Part shown: positions 27,383-36,334 of the stretch, piece by piece
Numbering within the stretch: position 1 is the stretch's first letter
Layout of the letters: every line of letters starts with the position of its first letter
Source of the DNA: Thermoproteota archaeon
GTDB taxonomy: Archaea > Korarchaeota > Korarchaeia > Korarchaeales > Korarchaeaceae
NCBI GenBank assembly: GCA_027491395.1
Contig: JAOZFI010000036.1
Span: 94,772-158,771 of the forward strand
Reading direction: 5' to 3'
DNA length: 64,000 nucleotides
Translations under genes and position numbers: made by a program
The notes under the pieces: generated by a model
Seen by the model: only the letters and a program-made list of their open reading frames with translations
What the model was told of the DNA's origin: nothing
Databases searched by the model: none

Positions 27383-28805
27383 CCCTCCCGAACTCCACGA
27401 GAGCCTTCATGGCTCTCACAGCTCTTTCTGACTCAGGGTATGCTGGTATGCCCTCCCTCTCGAAGAGCTCCCTGAACTCCCTCGCGTACTGAGATGACCC
27501 CACATCCATAGCCACCACCGGCTTGTCGTACTCCCTAGCCAATCTGGCCAGTTTGCTGGGAAGCTCTGCACTCACGCCGGGAACGTGGTGGAGCGCGAGG
27601 ACTATAATCCCATCCACGTTCTCGTCTTCCAGCAGGATCTTCATCGATTCAACGAATGAATCGTCAGTCGCGCTTCCCGTGAGATCCACTGGATTACCTG
27701 TGGCAGCTATAGGAGGTATTATCCTCCTCTCTTTGAGCTCTTGGAACTTCCTCTGACTCTCTTCAGTTAAATTGGACAGCCTGAGACCTAGCGCTTCCGT
27801 CTCATCGGCGGCCATAACCCCCACCCCACCCCCATCGGTGAGTATTGCTATCCTGTCACCCTTCGCGGGCGGCTGCATCACGAGGGCCTTAGCGGCGTCG
27901 AACAGTTCCTCCATATCCCTGACCCTTATCACTCCCGCTTGCTTGAACGCCGCGTCGTAGACGGAATCGCTTCCAGCCATCGCGGCGGTGTGGGAACTGG
28001 CGGCCCTGGCTCCGGCGCTGGTCCTCCCAGCTTTGAAGACCACGATGGGTTTCTCTCTAGTTATCTCCTTGGCTAGCTCGAGGAATTCCCTTCCCCTATC
28101 AATGGATTCGGCGTAGATGAGTATGACCTTGGTCTCTTCATCGTCTTTCAGGTACTCCAGCACATCCACCTCGTCCACATCGAGCTTGTTCCCGTAGCTC
28201 ACGAACTTGGCCAGCCCTATACCCTCTCCATGCATGTAGTCCAAGCAAGCGACCCCGAAGGCGCCTGACTGGGTGCTGAGGGATATGTTCCCCGGCTTGG
28301 GCCTAGGGGACGAGGTGTACTTCCTCCCTAAGAATTCCTTCTCGACCGGTAGGAACATGGTGTCCACGCCCGTGGAGGGGACCACCACTCCCACGCAGTT
28401 CGGTCCAATAACCCTCATCCTGTATCTCTCCTTGATGCTCTCAAGCATCTTCTGGAGCTCCACCCCCTCCCCTCCCACCTCGGCGAATCCCCCGCTTATC
28501 ACTATGACATTCTTTATGCCCTTCTTCCCGCATTCCTCCATAGCTGGTGGGGTATATTTGGCGGGAGTTACCAAGACGGCTAGGTCGGGGGTCTCGGGAA
28601 TATCCAACACCGATTTGTATGTGGGAACCCCCAGAATCATCTCATCAGATTTCGGATTGACCGCGAAGAGCTTGCCCTTGTAGATCCCTCTTTGAGAATT
28701 CTCCACCATGATCCTCAGCAGCTCGTATCCTATCTTACCAGGAGTCCTCGATGCTCCCACGATCACCATTGATTTCGGGTTGAAGAAGCTCTCTATCGAA
28801 GACAC
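27366..28805 (-). CDS. acdA: ADP-forming acyl-CoA synthetase, alpha subunit
   Basis: GASRTPGKIG, IGPNCVG, TQSGA, SYGNK, ASSHTAAMAG (phospho-His), NPVDLTG. Confidence 0.9.
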   Translation of the reverse strand: MSSIESFFNPKSMVIVGASRTPGKIGYELLRIMVENSQRGIYKGKLFAVNPKSDEMILGVPTYKSVLDIPETPDLAVLVTPAKYTPPAMEECGKKGIKNVIVISGGFAEVGGEGVELQKMLESIKERYRMRVIGPNCVGVVVPSTGVDTMFLPVEKEFLGRKYTSSPRPKPGNISLSTQSGAFGVACLDYMHGEGIGLAKFVSYGNKLDVDEVDVLEYLKDDEETKVILIYAESIDRGREFLELAKEITREKPIVVFKAGRTSAGARAASSHTAAMAGSDSVYDAAFKQAGVIRVRDMEELFDAAKALVMQPPAKGDRIAILTDGGGVGVMAADETEALGLRLSNLTEESQRKFQELKERRIIPPIAATGNPVDLTGSATDDSFVESMKILLEDENVDGIIVLALHHVPGVSAELPSKLARLAREYDKPVVAMDVGSSQYAREFRELFEREGIPAYPESERAVRAMKALVEFGRAKNLL

Positions 28806-28935
28806 CTTACTCCACCAAGCCTCTCCCTAGTGTCATAATAAAGAGATTTCACGGCATACTCCTATCGAATGAGAGGATCGAATATACCTGAGATTAAGAA
28901 AAAGGAAAGGCCCGGGCGGAAAAAGGGCCGGGAGC

Positions 28936-29160
28936 TTATGTCTTCCAGACAGCTCTAACAGCCAGCTCGATGTCGTCGCCGGTTACGGTCTTCCTATTGG
29001 CATGCTTGGCGAGGCTGACGGCGTGCTTGCTCACTTCCATGGCAAACTTCTCCATGTAATGCTCCAGCCTCTCAACGGCAGCGTCACTAACCCTCTCAGC
29101 ACCGGCCTCCCGGATTATCCTCCCGATGGGAGCTAAAGGTAGATACCTCGTCTTGGGCAT
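28936..29160 (-). CDS. Archaeal histone (HMf family)
   Basis: LPLAPIGRIIREAGAERVS...AKHANRKTV-x-x-x-DIELA. Confidence 0.95.
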   Translation of the reverse strand: MPKTRYLPLAPIGRIIREAGAERVSDAAVERLEHYMEKFAMEVSKHAVSLAKHANRKTVTGDDIELAVRAVWKT

Positions 29161-29350
29161 AAGATAAGGGATCTCAGGTTAAATAAAAAATTTCCCCTTC
29201 AAAGCTATGAGAGGGCTCTACTCAGGAGATTAGCTTATAACTTCGACATCATCATCTTTACATTGAAATCCATTTAATTTAACATCTGGGATCTCAGGAA
29301 GTAGGGAAATTACAAGTTCACTTGGAATAAATGGAGAGGTGTTATTAATT

Positions 29351-29905
29351 ATGGCGAGGAGAGTAAGAATTAGCAAATTGGTATCGCTACTACTGAGGCA
29401 TAGACCGGACTTAGGTGGATTGTCGCCAGATGAGAGAGGGTTTGTCCCGCTCGACGATCTCCTAGACTCTGTAGTTAAAATTATGAGGGAAAAATGCTCT
29501 AGGGAAGAGGTCTTGGACGTCATAATGAGCGACGAGGAGAGGTTCGAGGTAGTGGACGGAATGGTGAGGGCTAGGTATGGCCACAGTTTTACTGTCACAT
29601 ACGATAGGTCCCTACCTCTGGACGAGGTCCCCGACATACTGTATCACGGGACCACTCTCAGCTCCCTAGGATCAATATTGAGGGAGGGGCTCAAGCCGAT
29701 GGGTAGGGGATACGTCCACCTCTCTCTCACCAAGGAGAGGGCCTTGAAAGTGGCAAAAAGGAGAAAAGGACCTCACGTCATCCTCAGGATAAGGGCTAGA
29801 GATCTAGCTAGGTATGTACCGCTGTATAGACCATCGCGCCTGACCTTCTTGGTGAAGAGGGTTCCTCCTGAATATATAGAAGTGGAGGAGGTAGTCAGGG
29901 GGTAA
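29351..29905 (+). CDS. kptA: RNA 2'-phosphotransferase (Tpt1/KptA)
   Basis: SLLLRH, ERF, RARYGHS, LYHGT, GLKPMGRGYVHLS. Confidence 0.92.
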   Translation: MARRVRISKLVSLLLRHRPDLGGLSPDERGFVPLDDLLDSVVKIMREKCSREEVLDVIMSDEERFEVVDGMVRARYGHSFTVTYDRSLPLDEVPDILYHGTTLSSLGSILREGLKPMGRGYVHLSLTKERALKVAKRRKGPHVILRIRARDLARYVPLYRPSRLTFLVKRVPPEYIEVEEVVRG

Positions 29906-29906
29906 T

Positions 29907-30776
29907 TTGGATCCGGTCATAATAGTGCACGGTGGGGCTTGGGACATACCTCCGGACCTTTTGGAACCCAGCGTTCTCGGTGTGGAGAGGGCAGCCCGTG
30001 AGGGATTCAAGTTACTGCAGGAAGGATATTCAGCCTTGGATGCTGTTGAGCGAGCGGTTGCAATAATGGAGGACAATCCAACGTTCGATGCAGGTGTAGG
30101 ATCCGTTCTCAACTTGGAGGGATACGTGGAGCTGGATGCCATAATAGTGGACGGGGCTTCCCTGAGGTTCGGTTCTGTCGCGGCTGTTAGGCGCATTAAG
30201 AACCCTATCTCTTTAGCTAGGGCCATAATGGAGGAGATGGAGGAGATGATGTTCGTCTCCGAGGGTGCCGAGAGGGTTGCCTTGGAGTTGGGGTTCGAAC
30301 TGATAGATCCCGAGGAGCTGATCGTTGAGAGGGAGCGTGAGGCTTGGAAGAGGAGGATCTCTAGTGTAAGGGGGACCGTCGGTGCCGTCGCTCTGGATAC
30401 CAATGGCAGGATAGCGGCCGCCACCTCCACGGGTGGCGTGCCCCTCAAGAGGCCGGGCAGGGTGGGGGATACTCCACTCATAGGGTGTGGGGCCTACGCC
30501 AACGAGCTAGGTGGGGCGAGCTCCACTGGGCAGGGAGAGCCAATAATGAGGGTAATGCTATCCAAACTCGCTGTGGATTTCTTGGCTAGGGGGCTACACC
30601 CCACAGAGGCCGCTCAGAGGTCTCTCTCCTTCATGGCCGATAGGACGGGAGGTTGGGGTGGCGTAATAGTCCTAGATAACAGAGGGAAGGTGGGATACGC
30701 CCACACCTCTAAGAGGATGGCGGTCGCCTACTCCATAGACGGGGATGTAGTGGCGAAGATCAGCTCACTTGAGTGA
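29907..30776 (+). CDS. Isoaspartyl peptidase/L-asparaginase (Ntn hydrolase)
   Basis: IIVHGGA, GTVGAVALD, ATSTGG, GRVGDTP. Confidence 0.93.
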   Translation: MDPVIIVHGGAWDIPPDLLEPSVLGVERAAREGFKLLQEGYSALDAVERAVAIMEDNPTFDAGVGSVLNLEGYVELDAIIVDGASLRFGSVAAVRRIKNPISLARAIMEEMEEMMFVSEGAERVALELGFELIDPEELIVEREREAWKRRISSVRGTVGAVALDTNGRIAAATSTGGVPLKRPGRVGDTPLIGCGAYANELGGASSTGQGEPIMRVMLSKLAVDFLARGLHPTEAAQRSLSFMADRTGGWGGVIVLDNRGKVGYAHTSKRMAVAYSIDGDVVAKISSLE

Positions 30777-31755
30777 GATCAGGGTAGGGATCCCTAACCT
30801 CCTCCGGACTTGGAAATTCCCTCACTTCCCCCTCTGCGACAAACTCCCTCCCCTCCTTCCTGAGCTCGCCGATAATCCTCACGACGAATCCGTGGGATTC
30901 CATGAGATCCTTGAGGAAACCTAAAGGTAAGTTGCCCGGGATGGCGGCCAGCACCACGCCTGAGCTTGAGGCAGCCATGGGATCAAACCCCCTCTCCCGA
31001 CCCAGCCTTAGGAGCTCCGGCGGAAAGGGAATGAGGTCCCTGTTCACGGTGAAGCCGAGCTCAGCAGCATCTGCAAAGTCATTCAGGAGTCTTATAAGCC
31101 CGCCCTCCGCTCCATCCTTCATACCGTTTACCCTCGAGAATAGAACAAGGTCTCTAGCTGAATCCACGGCAGTTAACATCCATCTAGCTCTCTTCCATCT
31201 CTCCACAGTCCTCTTGCCGAACCTCTCCTCTAGGAGCGCGGGATTGAAGTGAGCTATGCCGTACAGCAACTCAGCTCCAGGTGTGCCGACTAGGAGTAGC
31301 CTATCCCCGACCCTAGCTAGCTTGGGCGTCACCGGCTCCCTGACCTCTCCGATCACTGTTGTGACGACGACTGGCTCCTTCACCGACTCGTACCTACCGG
31401 TGTGCCCGGTTATTACAGTTACGCCGTACCTGTAAGCCTCCCAGTCTATCCCCTTGGCTATCTTCAGAGCTAGATCGTCGCTAGCGTCAGCCGGCAGGAG
31501 TATGGTGCTGGTCATTAGCTTGGGCTCGGCCCCCAAGACGGCCACATCCGACGCGGAGAAGTGAAAAGCGAAGTAGCCGAGATCCTCATCAGGCACTCCT
31601 AAGGCCGGATCGGTGGCGTACACCCTCGTCAGGCCCATTAACCTCTCCGCCCCAGCATCTATGCTGGGATGCGGAGGAACAGCTATGTTCCTGCCGAGCC
31701 TACCGACATATTTCGTTATTTCCTTCAGTAAGGATCTCCCAGCTTTTCCTTCCAT
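30760..31755 (-). CDS. AIR synthase-related (PurM/HypE-like) protein
   Basis: ATDP, SDVA, ITGHT, MKDGAEGGL, SSG. Start moved to ATG 31755. Confidence 0.8.
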   Translation of the reverse strand: MEGKAGRSLLKEITKYVGRLGRNIAVPPHPSIDAGAERLMGLTRVYATDPALGVPDEDLGYFAFHFSASDVAVLGAEPKLMTSTILLPADASDDLALKIAKGIDWEAYRYGVTVITGHTGRYESVKEPVVVTTVIGEVREPVTPKLARVGDRLLLVGTPGAELLYGIAHFNPALLEERFGKRTVERWKRARWMLTAVDSARDLVLFSRVNGMKDGAEGGLIRLLNDFADAAELGFTVNRDLIPFPPELLRLGRERGFDPMAASSSGVVLAAIPGNLPLGFLKDLMESHGFVVRIIGELRKEGREFVAEGEVREFPSPEEVRDPYPDLTQVS

Positions 31756-31819
31756 TTCTCGGGATGTGCGGATGGCTTTAATGATAACATTTTTCAACGC
31801 TCTTTTCAGTTGTGGAGGG

Positions 31820-32641
31820 ATGAAGGTAGCCATCCAAGGGGAGAGAGGGTCGTACAGCGATGAAGCAGCCAAAAAATTCTTTGAGGATAGGGAATACGAA
31901 CCTCTGTCTAAAAGGTTTTTGGAGGAAGTGTTCGATTCAATAGAGTCTGAGGAGGCTGACTACGGTGTCATCCCTGTTGAGAATTCCAGTACGGGGGGTA
32001 TTAGGAAATCCTTAGACCTCCTACTGGAAAGGGACATTAAGGTCGTGTGCGAGATAAAGGTCCGAGTGAGGCACGCCCTGCTTGGGGTGAAGGGCGCCAG
32101 ATTAGAGGATGTTGAGGTGGTGTACTCCCATCCGGAGGCAATATCTCAGTGCGAGGGATTCCTCAAGTCCCGGGGATGGAGGGTAATTCCGAGCTTCGAC
32201 ACTGCAGGGGCAGCTAGGGAAGTGGCCGAGCAGGAGGATAGAAGGAAGGCCGCGATAGCTAGCGAGAGGGTGGCTGAGCTTTATGAATTAGAGGTGCTCG
32301 CTAGGGACATTCAGGACCTGCCCCACAACACCACTAGGTTTTTCGTGATCACTAAAGAAGGGAAGTGGCCTAGGGACGCTGACACCACATCCGCCTTCTT
32401 CGCCACGAGGCACGTGCCGGGCGCCCTGTGGAGGGCACTTGGAGTGTTCGCTAGGAGGAACATCAACCTCTTATGGCTTGAATCCCGACCTATAAGGAGG
32501 GAACCTTGGAATTACTCGTTCTTCGTGGAATTCGAGGGGTCTCTATGGGAAGAGTACGTGAGAGATGCCCTCGAGGAGCTGAAGAGCGAGTCGATATGGG
32601 TGAAGGTGCTCGGGACCTATAGGAGGACCTCGGTCTTCTAG
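31820..32641 (+). CDS. pheA: Prephenate dehydratase with ACT domain
   Basis: QGERGSYS, PVENS, SHPEAISQC, NTTRF, ESRP. Start ATG 31820. Confidence 0.93.
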   Translation: MKVAIQGERGSYSDEAAKKFFEDREYEPLSKRFLEEVFDSIESEEADYGVIPVENSSTGGIRKSLDLLLERDIKVVCEIKVRVRHALLGVKGARLEDVEVVYSHPEAISQCEGFLKSRGWRVIPSFDTAGAAREVAEQEDRRKAAIASERVAELYELEVLARDIQDLPHNTTRFFVITKEGKWPRDADTTSAFFATRHVPGALWRALGVFARRNINLLWLESRPIRREPWNYSFFVEFEGSLWEEYVRDALEELKSESIWVKVLGTYRRTSVF

Positions 32642-32680
32642 TCTTGAAACCATAAATTTTGGCTTCTGTAATGAACACCG

Positions 32681-33196
32681 GTGATGAGCATGGCGAGGAT
32701 AGCCATACTAGTGCACGACAGGGTGGAGGATGACGAGTTTACCTTCCCACTCTATTACTTCAAGTGGAGAGGTCACGAGGTGGTAGTGGCATCTCCGCTG
32801 GACGAGTTCGGAAGCAAGCATGGCTGCAGGAAGTGGAAGCCTGATGTGAAGACATCGGACCTGAGGGCCAACAATTTCGATGCTTGCATAATCCCGGGAG
32901 GCTACAGCCCCGACAAGCTCAGGCTCGACGATCACACGCTGATGTTCGTTAGGGAGATGCTCAAGGCGGGGAAGATCGTCGCTGCTATATGCCACGGTCC
33001 TCAAGTGCTCATCTCGGCCAAGATCGTGAGAGGGAGGAAACTGACCTCGGCTAGGCAGGTCAGAGACGACTTGGTGAACGCTGGCGCCGAGTGGGTGGAT
33101 GAACCGGTAGTTGTTGATGGGAACTTGATCACTTCCAGATATCCTATCGACCTGCCGGGCTTTGTTGAGGCTATAGAGAGGGCCCTAACCCGCTAG
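32681..33196 (+). CDS. pfpI: PfpI/DJ-1 family protease/deglycase
   Basis: EDDEF, IPGG, AAICHGP, VVDGNLITSR. Confidence 0.9.
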   Translation: MMSMARIAILVHDRVEDDEFTFPLYYFKWRGHEVVVASPLDEFGSKHGCRKWKPDVKTSDLRANNFDACIIPGGYSPDKLRLDDHTLMFVREMLKAGKIVAAICHGPQVLISAKIVRGRKLTSARQVRDDLVNAGAEWVDEPVVVDGNLITSRYPIDLPGFVEAIERALTR

Positions 33197-33700
33197 CTCC
33201 TTCCTAAACCTGTCGTCCAAGGCTCTCACATCCTCCTCATTATTTTCCCCGCGAGAGTATGCCTCTAGCCTCTCATAGTTCAGGAAAATGAACTCAGGAC
33301 CCCATTTAAACGGATCGAGTAACTCTAAGGCCTGCTCCTTGCAGCCCAGTATGTAGAGACCCGCGGCTAAGGCTTCCACCGTGGATAATTTCTCAGGCAC
33401 CCCGTAATTTATGGGGTTAGCTGCTACTAGGAAGGGCAGCCTCCTCTGCTTCCCATGAGGCCATCTAACTGACTCTACCTTACGCCAAGAGGCGTCCACA
33501 GCTACTATGCCCCTAGTCCCCTCCTTGTCAGCGGGCGATAGGAACCTATGGGCGAGCGGGTTCAGTACAACTAAGAAAGATCCTCTACTAGGTCTGTACC
33601 TCTCGGCAAGCCCCAGCCTAAGGAGCTTCGAGCCTGTTGCCTTCTTGGGGTCGTCTTGATGGAGCCTGAGGACTATTACTTTGATCCTCTTGGGGCTCAC
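33185..33700 (-). CDS. tsr3: Tsr3 rRNA aminocarboxypropyltransferase (DUF367)
   Basis: QDDPKKATGSKL, DASW, RRLPFLVAANPINYG, FKWG. Confidence 0.9.
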   Translation of the reverse strand: MSPKRIKVIVLRLHQDDPKKATGSKLLRLGLAERYRPSRGSFLVVLNPLAHRFLSPADKEGTRGIVAVDASWRKVESVRWPHGKQRRLPFLVAANPINYGVPEKLSTVEALAAGLYILGCKEQALELLDPFKWGPEFIFLNYERLEAYSRGENNEEDVRALDDRFRKELAG

Positions 33701-33939
33701 TTCAGCTTCTCCAGTACGATGAACGTAACAGTGTTCTCCACACCCTCCTGACTCCTCAGGCTCTCTATTATCCTAGCTAGCTCGAAAGTGTTAGCTGCCT
33801 CCACTCTCAGGAGGAAATCAAACTCGCCTGTAACATAGAAGACCTCCTTGACCTTCTCGTTCTCTGGGAATACCTTCTTCAGATCGGTCGTGCTAGAAGG
33901 CTTTACGCTTATAGCTATAAACGCCTCCAACATACCCAT
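33697..33939 (-). CDS. Stand-alone Lrp/AsnC ligand-binding (RAM) domain protein
   Basis: EVFYVTGEFDFLLRV, GVENTVTFIVL; no HTH. Start ATG 33939. Confidence 0.85.
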   Translation of the reverse strand: MGMLEAFIAISVKPSSTTDLKKVFPENEKVKEVFYVTGEFDFLLRVEAANTFELARIIESLRSQEGVENTVTFIVLEKLK

Positions 33940-34185
33940 CCCAGATCCCTCTTTTCCCCCTTCTGGATTAGTGCATAGGCTCCTAAATAAACTATACTTC
34001 ACTTGCCTCCGGATGCGCGGGAGGCGAGGCGTGTACCTCGCGGCTGCAGATTGAACTTTTTAAGTCAACCCATCGCGGTACTGGCAGCTGATAGTGCCTC
34101 CGACTTGTTTTCGTCATATGTCGTTTCGAATTTCTACAATAATCGCTTATATAGAGGAGCCGTTCAGAACAGGTAAGGTGAGAGA

Positions 34186-34386
34186 ATGAGCCAGCAGGTA
34201 TCTCTGCAGGTTGACAAGGAACTCATCGATGCCATCGATGCCCTCGTGTCGGAAGGTATGTTTAAGAGCAGATCCGAGGCCATTAAGGCGGCCCTTATGG
34301 GATTCATAAGGACGAAGAATGCCGAGAGAGTGAGAGCGGTGTATGAGGAGTTCATATCAGAAGCTGTATCCCACTTCAGAAGGTGA
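34186..34386 (+). CDS. Ribbon-helix-helix (CopG-like) protein
   Basis: VSLQVDKELIDAIDALVSEGMFKSRSEAIK; SD GGTGA. Confidence 0.88.
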   Translation: MSQQVSLQVDKELIDAIDALVSEGMFKSRSEAIKAALMGFIRTKNAERVRAVYEEFISEAVSHFRR

Positions 34387-34487
34387 TTTTTGAACTGAAA
34401 CCTTAATCATCATCTATATTAACGATTATCCTGATGCTTCCTCGCTGTTTTTATATCCCATCTCCTCATTAGGGGAGGGTTACTGCT

Positions 34488-35135
34488 GTGATCGCCGCCA
34501 AACTGTTTAAAATCCCAGACTACGATCCGAGCAAGCTAATAGAATCACTTTCAAATTGGAGGGAGGAGATAGAGAGTGAAGGGTGGACCCTCCTAACCAC
34601 TTTTGAGTCTCTGGAGTCCTCCGGTGACGAGGTCTCCGGAACCTTGGCTAGGGACAGATTGGTCAGGAGGAGATCTCGGAGGGGTGTCTCACTAACAGTG
34701 GAAACCCAGTATGCCGACTTCCTAACCTTCAAGGTTGAAAGTTCATTCATTATGGTGTTTGGAGGGAGGAAAATGGCTGAATTCGTGGCATTCAAGGTAA
34801 CTGAAGCTCTGAAGAGAGAAGGAGAGTTCGAGCACTGTATAGTCCCGGAGGCAGTCCTAGAATCCCTCAGCGAGGGGGCTAGGGTGGCGCACTTCGAGGA
34901 CCTCAGAGGATTGGGAATAAGGAAGATAGCTATCTATGGAGAGAATCTCGAGGATCTAGATCTTTATAAGGAGATGAAACGCTTGGGTAAGCTTTCCTAC
35001 ATACAATTCTACTCTCCTGAGCTGGGCGGATCCGTAGGACTGTCCAGAGACTTCTCCATCATAGCCTACGGGGCAGTGGATAGGGGGTCTCTGGTGGAGT
35101 ACGCGAGGTCCCTGCTCACCGAGGTTGTCTGCTGA
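34488..35135 (+). CDS. Conserved-looking archaeal hypothetical alpha/beta protein
   Basis: 215 aa; IYGENLEDLDLY motif; TATA-like TTTTATAT upstream. Confidence 0.7.
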   Translation: MIAAKLFKIPDYDPSKLIESLSNWREEIESEGWTLLTTFESLESSGDEVSGTLARDRLVRRRSRRGVSLTVETQYADFLTFKVESSFIMVFGGRKMAEFVAFKVTEALKREGEFEHCIVPEAVLESLSEGARVAHFEDLRGLGIRKIAIYGENLEDLDLYKEMKRLGKLSYIQFYSPELGGSVGLSRDFSIIAYGAVDRGSLVEYARSLLTEVVC

Positions 35136-35140
35136 CAGCA

Positions 35141-36334
35141 TTACTCCCTCCTGTAAAACAGATAGAGCTTCTGAACGTTCTGCAAGGACACTAGATCCGC
35201 TCTTCTACCCCTGAACTTCAACCTGCTTAGTCCCTCAGATTCGGAGGCCACCCTCAGGGCATCCAGCATGACCATCTCCGGTCTGATGGACTTGGCGTGC
35301 TCTATACAGGCGGTATCAGCTAGGTTAATGAAATCCGGATAAGACGGACCTCGGGTGCTATCAGCGGAGAAGGAGGAGAACTCCCACATGTCCATGTTGA
35401 ACCCAGTCAGCTTGACCACCGGAGCGCCGCTGGCCCTCGGCCTGTAAAACGACACCTCCACCTCGTTGAATAGGGGGAAGTCCTCTAACCTCTTATTCAT
35501 CCTCTTTATATACTTCTCCTTTCCTCTAACCATGGAAGAGAAGTAGGAGACAATGAACCTCATACCATCGAACTCCTCCCCGTACTTCCCAGCGGAGAGG
35601 AACTCTCCTGGGTCGAGCATGAGCCAGGCCAAGACGGGATCAGATAGCAGGTCCCAGGCCACACCTTGAGGTACCCCTTCGGGCCGAGAGTTCACTATCT
35701 CGAAGAGCTCCTTCCCCAAATACCTGTAGGCGATGAGGGACGTGCTTATCCTCTTCACGAGTCCCACCAAACCCCTATCTTTCTTTTCAGCTAGTTCCAA
35801 CACCTCGTGAGATAGGCTAGTTATCCCAGTACGCCTCCTCAGTTCAAGCACGGCATCCGCTGGTGGGAGGTCGCCATCCCTCACCACCACATCGTAATCA
35901 TCCCTATGGATCAGGATATCCCTAATCAGAAGCAGTTCCTCTTTTTTCGCCCTCACTGAGATTATAGCATCGCTGGGATCCTCATCCTCGTCCCTCAGAC
36001 CACTCCTCACAGGTTTCAATCGGAATACGGGACGTGAAGGCTTAGGGTAGGTCACGGCAGCGAGTAGGATGAACCCCGCCCTCAATCCTCTCAGTGAGAG
36101 GGTTGGTGAGAAGGTGGAATCTACGGCGATGACCTCGTACTCCTTGTGGGACTCGCTCAACTCGCGGACATCTCTCCTGACGATGGATGCGAGCCTCTCG
36201 TACACGGGCAGTAGGTATTCCCAAGCCTTTCTCATACTGCCAGCAATTTTCCTAGCCCTCTCCAACGCTACAGAATACACATCCGGATCTAGGAGATCCT
36301 CACCCCATTCTTCCCTCTCATCCATGGTACTCAC
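35141..36334 (-). CDS. NurA-domain nuclease
   Basis: IAVDST, VVRDGDL, GLVKR, YP-x-x-x-x-LAD; overlaps the HerA gene end. Confidence 0.75.
   Translation of the reverse strand: MSTMDEREEWGEDLLDPDVYSVALERARKIAGSMRKAWEYLLPVYERLASIVRRDVRELSESHKEYEVIAVDSTFSPTLSLRGLRAGFILLAAVTYPKPSRPVFRLKPVRSGLRDEDEDPSDAIISVRAKKEELLLIRDILIHRDDYDVVVRDGDLPPADAVLELRRRTGITSLSHEVLELAEKKDRGLVGLVKRISTSLIAYRYLGKELFEIVNSRPEGVPQGVAWDLLSDPVLAWLMLDPGEFLSAGKYGEEFDGMRFIVSYFSSMVRGKEKYIKRMNKRLEDFPLFNEVEVSFYRPRASGAPVVKLTGFNMDMWEFSSFSADSTRGPSYPDFINLADTACIEHAKSIRPEMVMLDALRVASESEGLSRLKFRGRRADLVSLQNVQKLYLFYRRE

Noticed and set aside
28865-28935. ATGAGAG-12 nt-CTGA as a C/D sRNA
   Set aside because: No credible second box pair or recognisable target; the region is explained by the acdA promoter and U-rich histone terminators.
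29220-29257. Minus-strand ATGATGA...CTGA as a C/D sRNA
   Set aside because: The 23-nt spacing, with no D'/C' boxes or terminal stem, does not fit.
29230-30481. Antisense ORFs 29230-29637 and 29804-30481 (and similar Ser/Leu-rich antisense ORFs throughout)
   Set aside because: Opposite to motif-bearing genes, with composition typical of reverse-frame shadows.
30760-32641. Apparent 260-bp head-to-head overlap of the AIR-synthase-like gene and pheA
   Set aside because: Artefact of longest-ORF starts; the likely starts at 31755 and 31820 leave a normal 64-bp divergent promoter.
34186-34386. RHH gene as the antitoxin of a toxin-antitoxin pair
   Set aside because: No adjacent PIN or RelE toxin; the downstream gene has its own TATA element and no toxin motifs.
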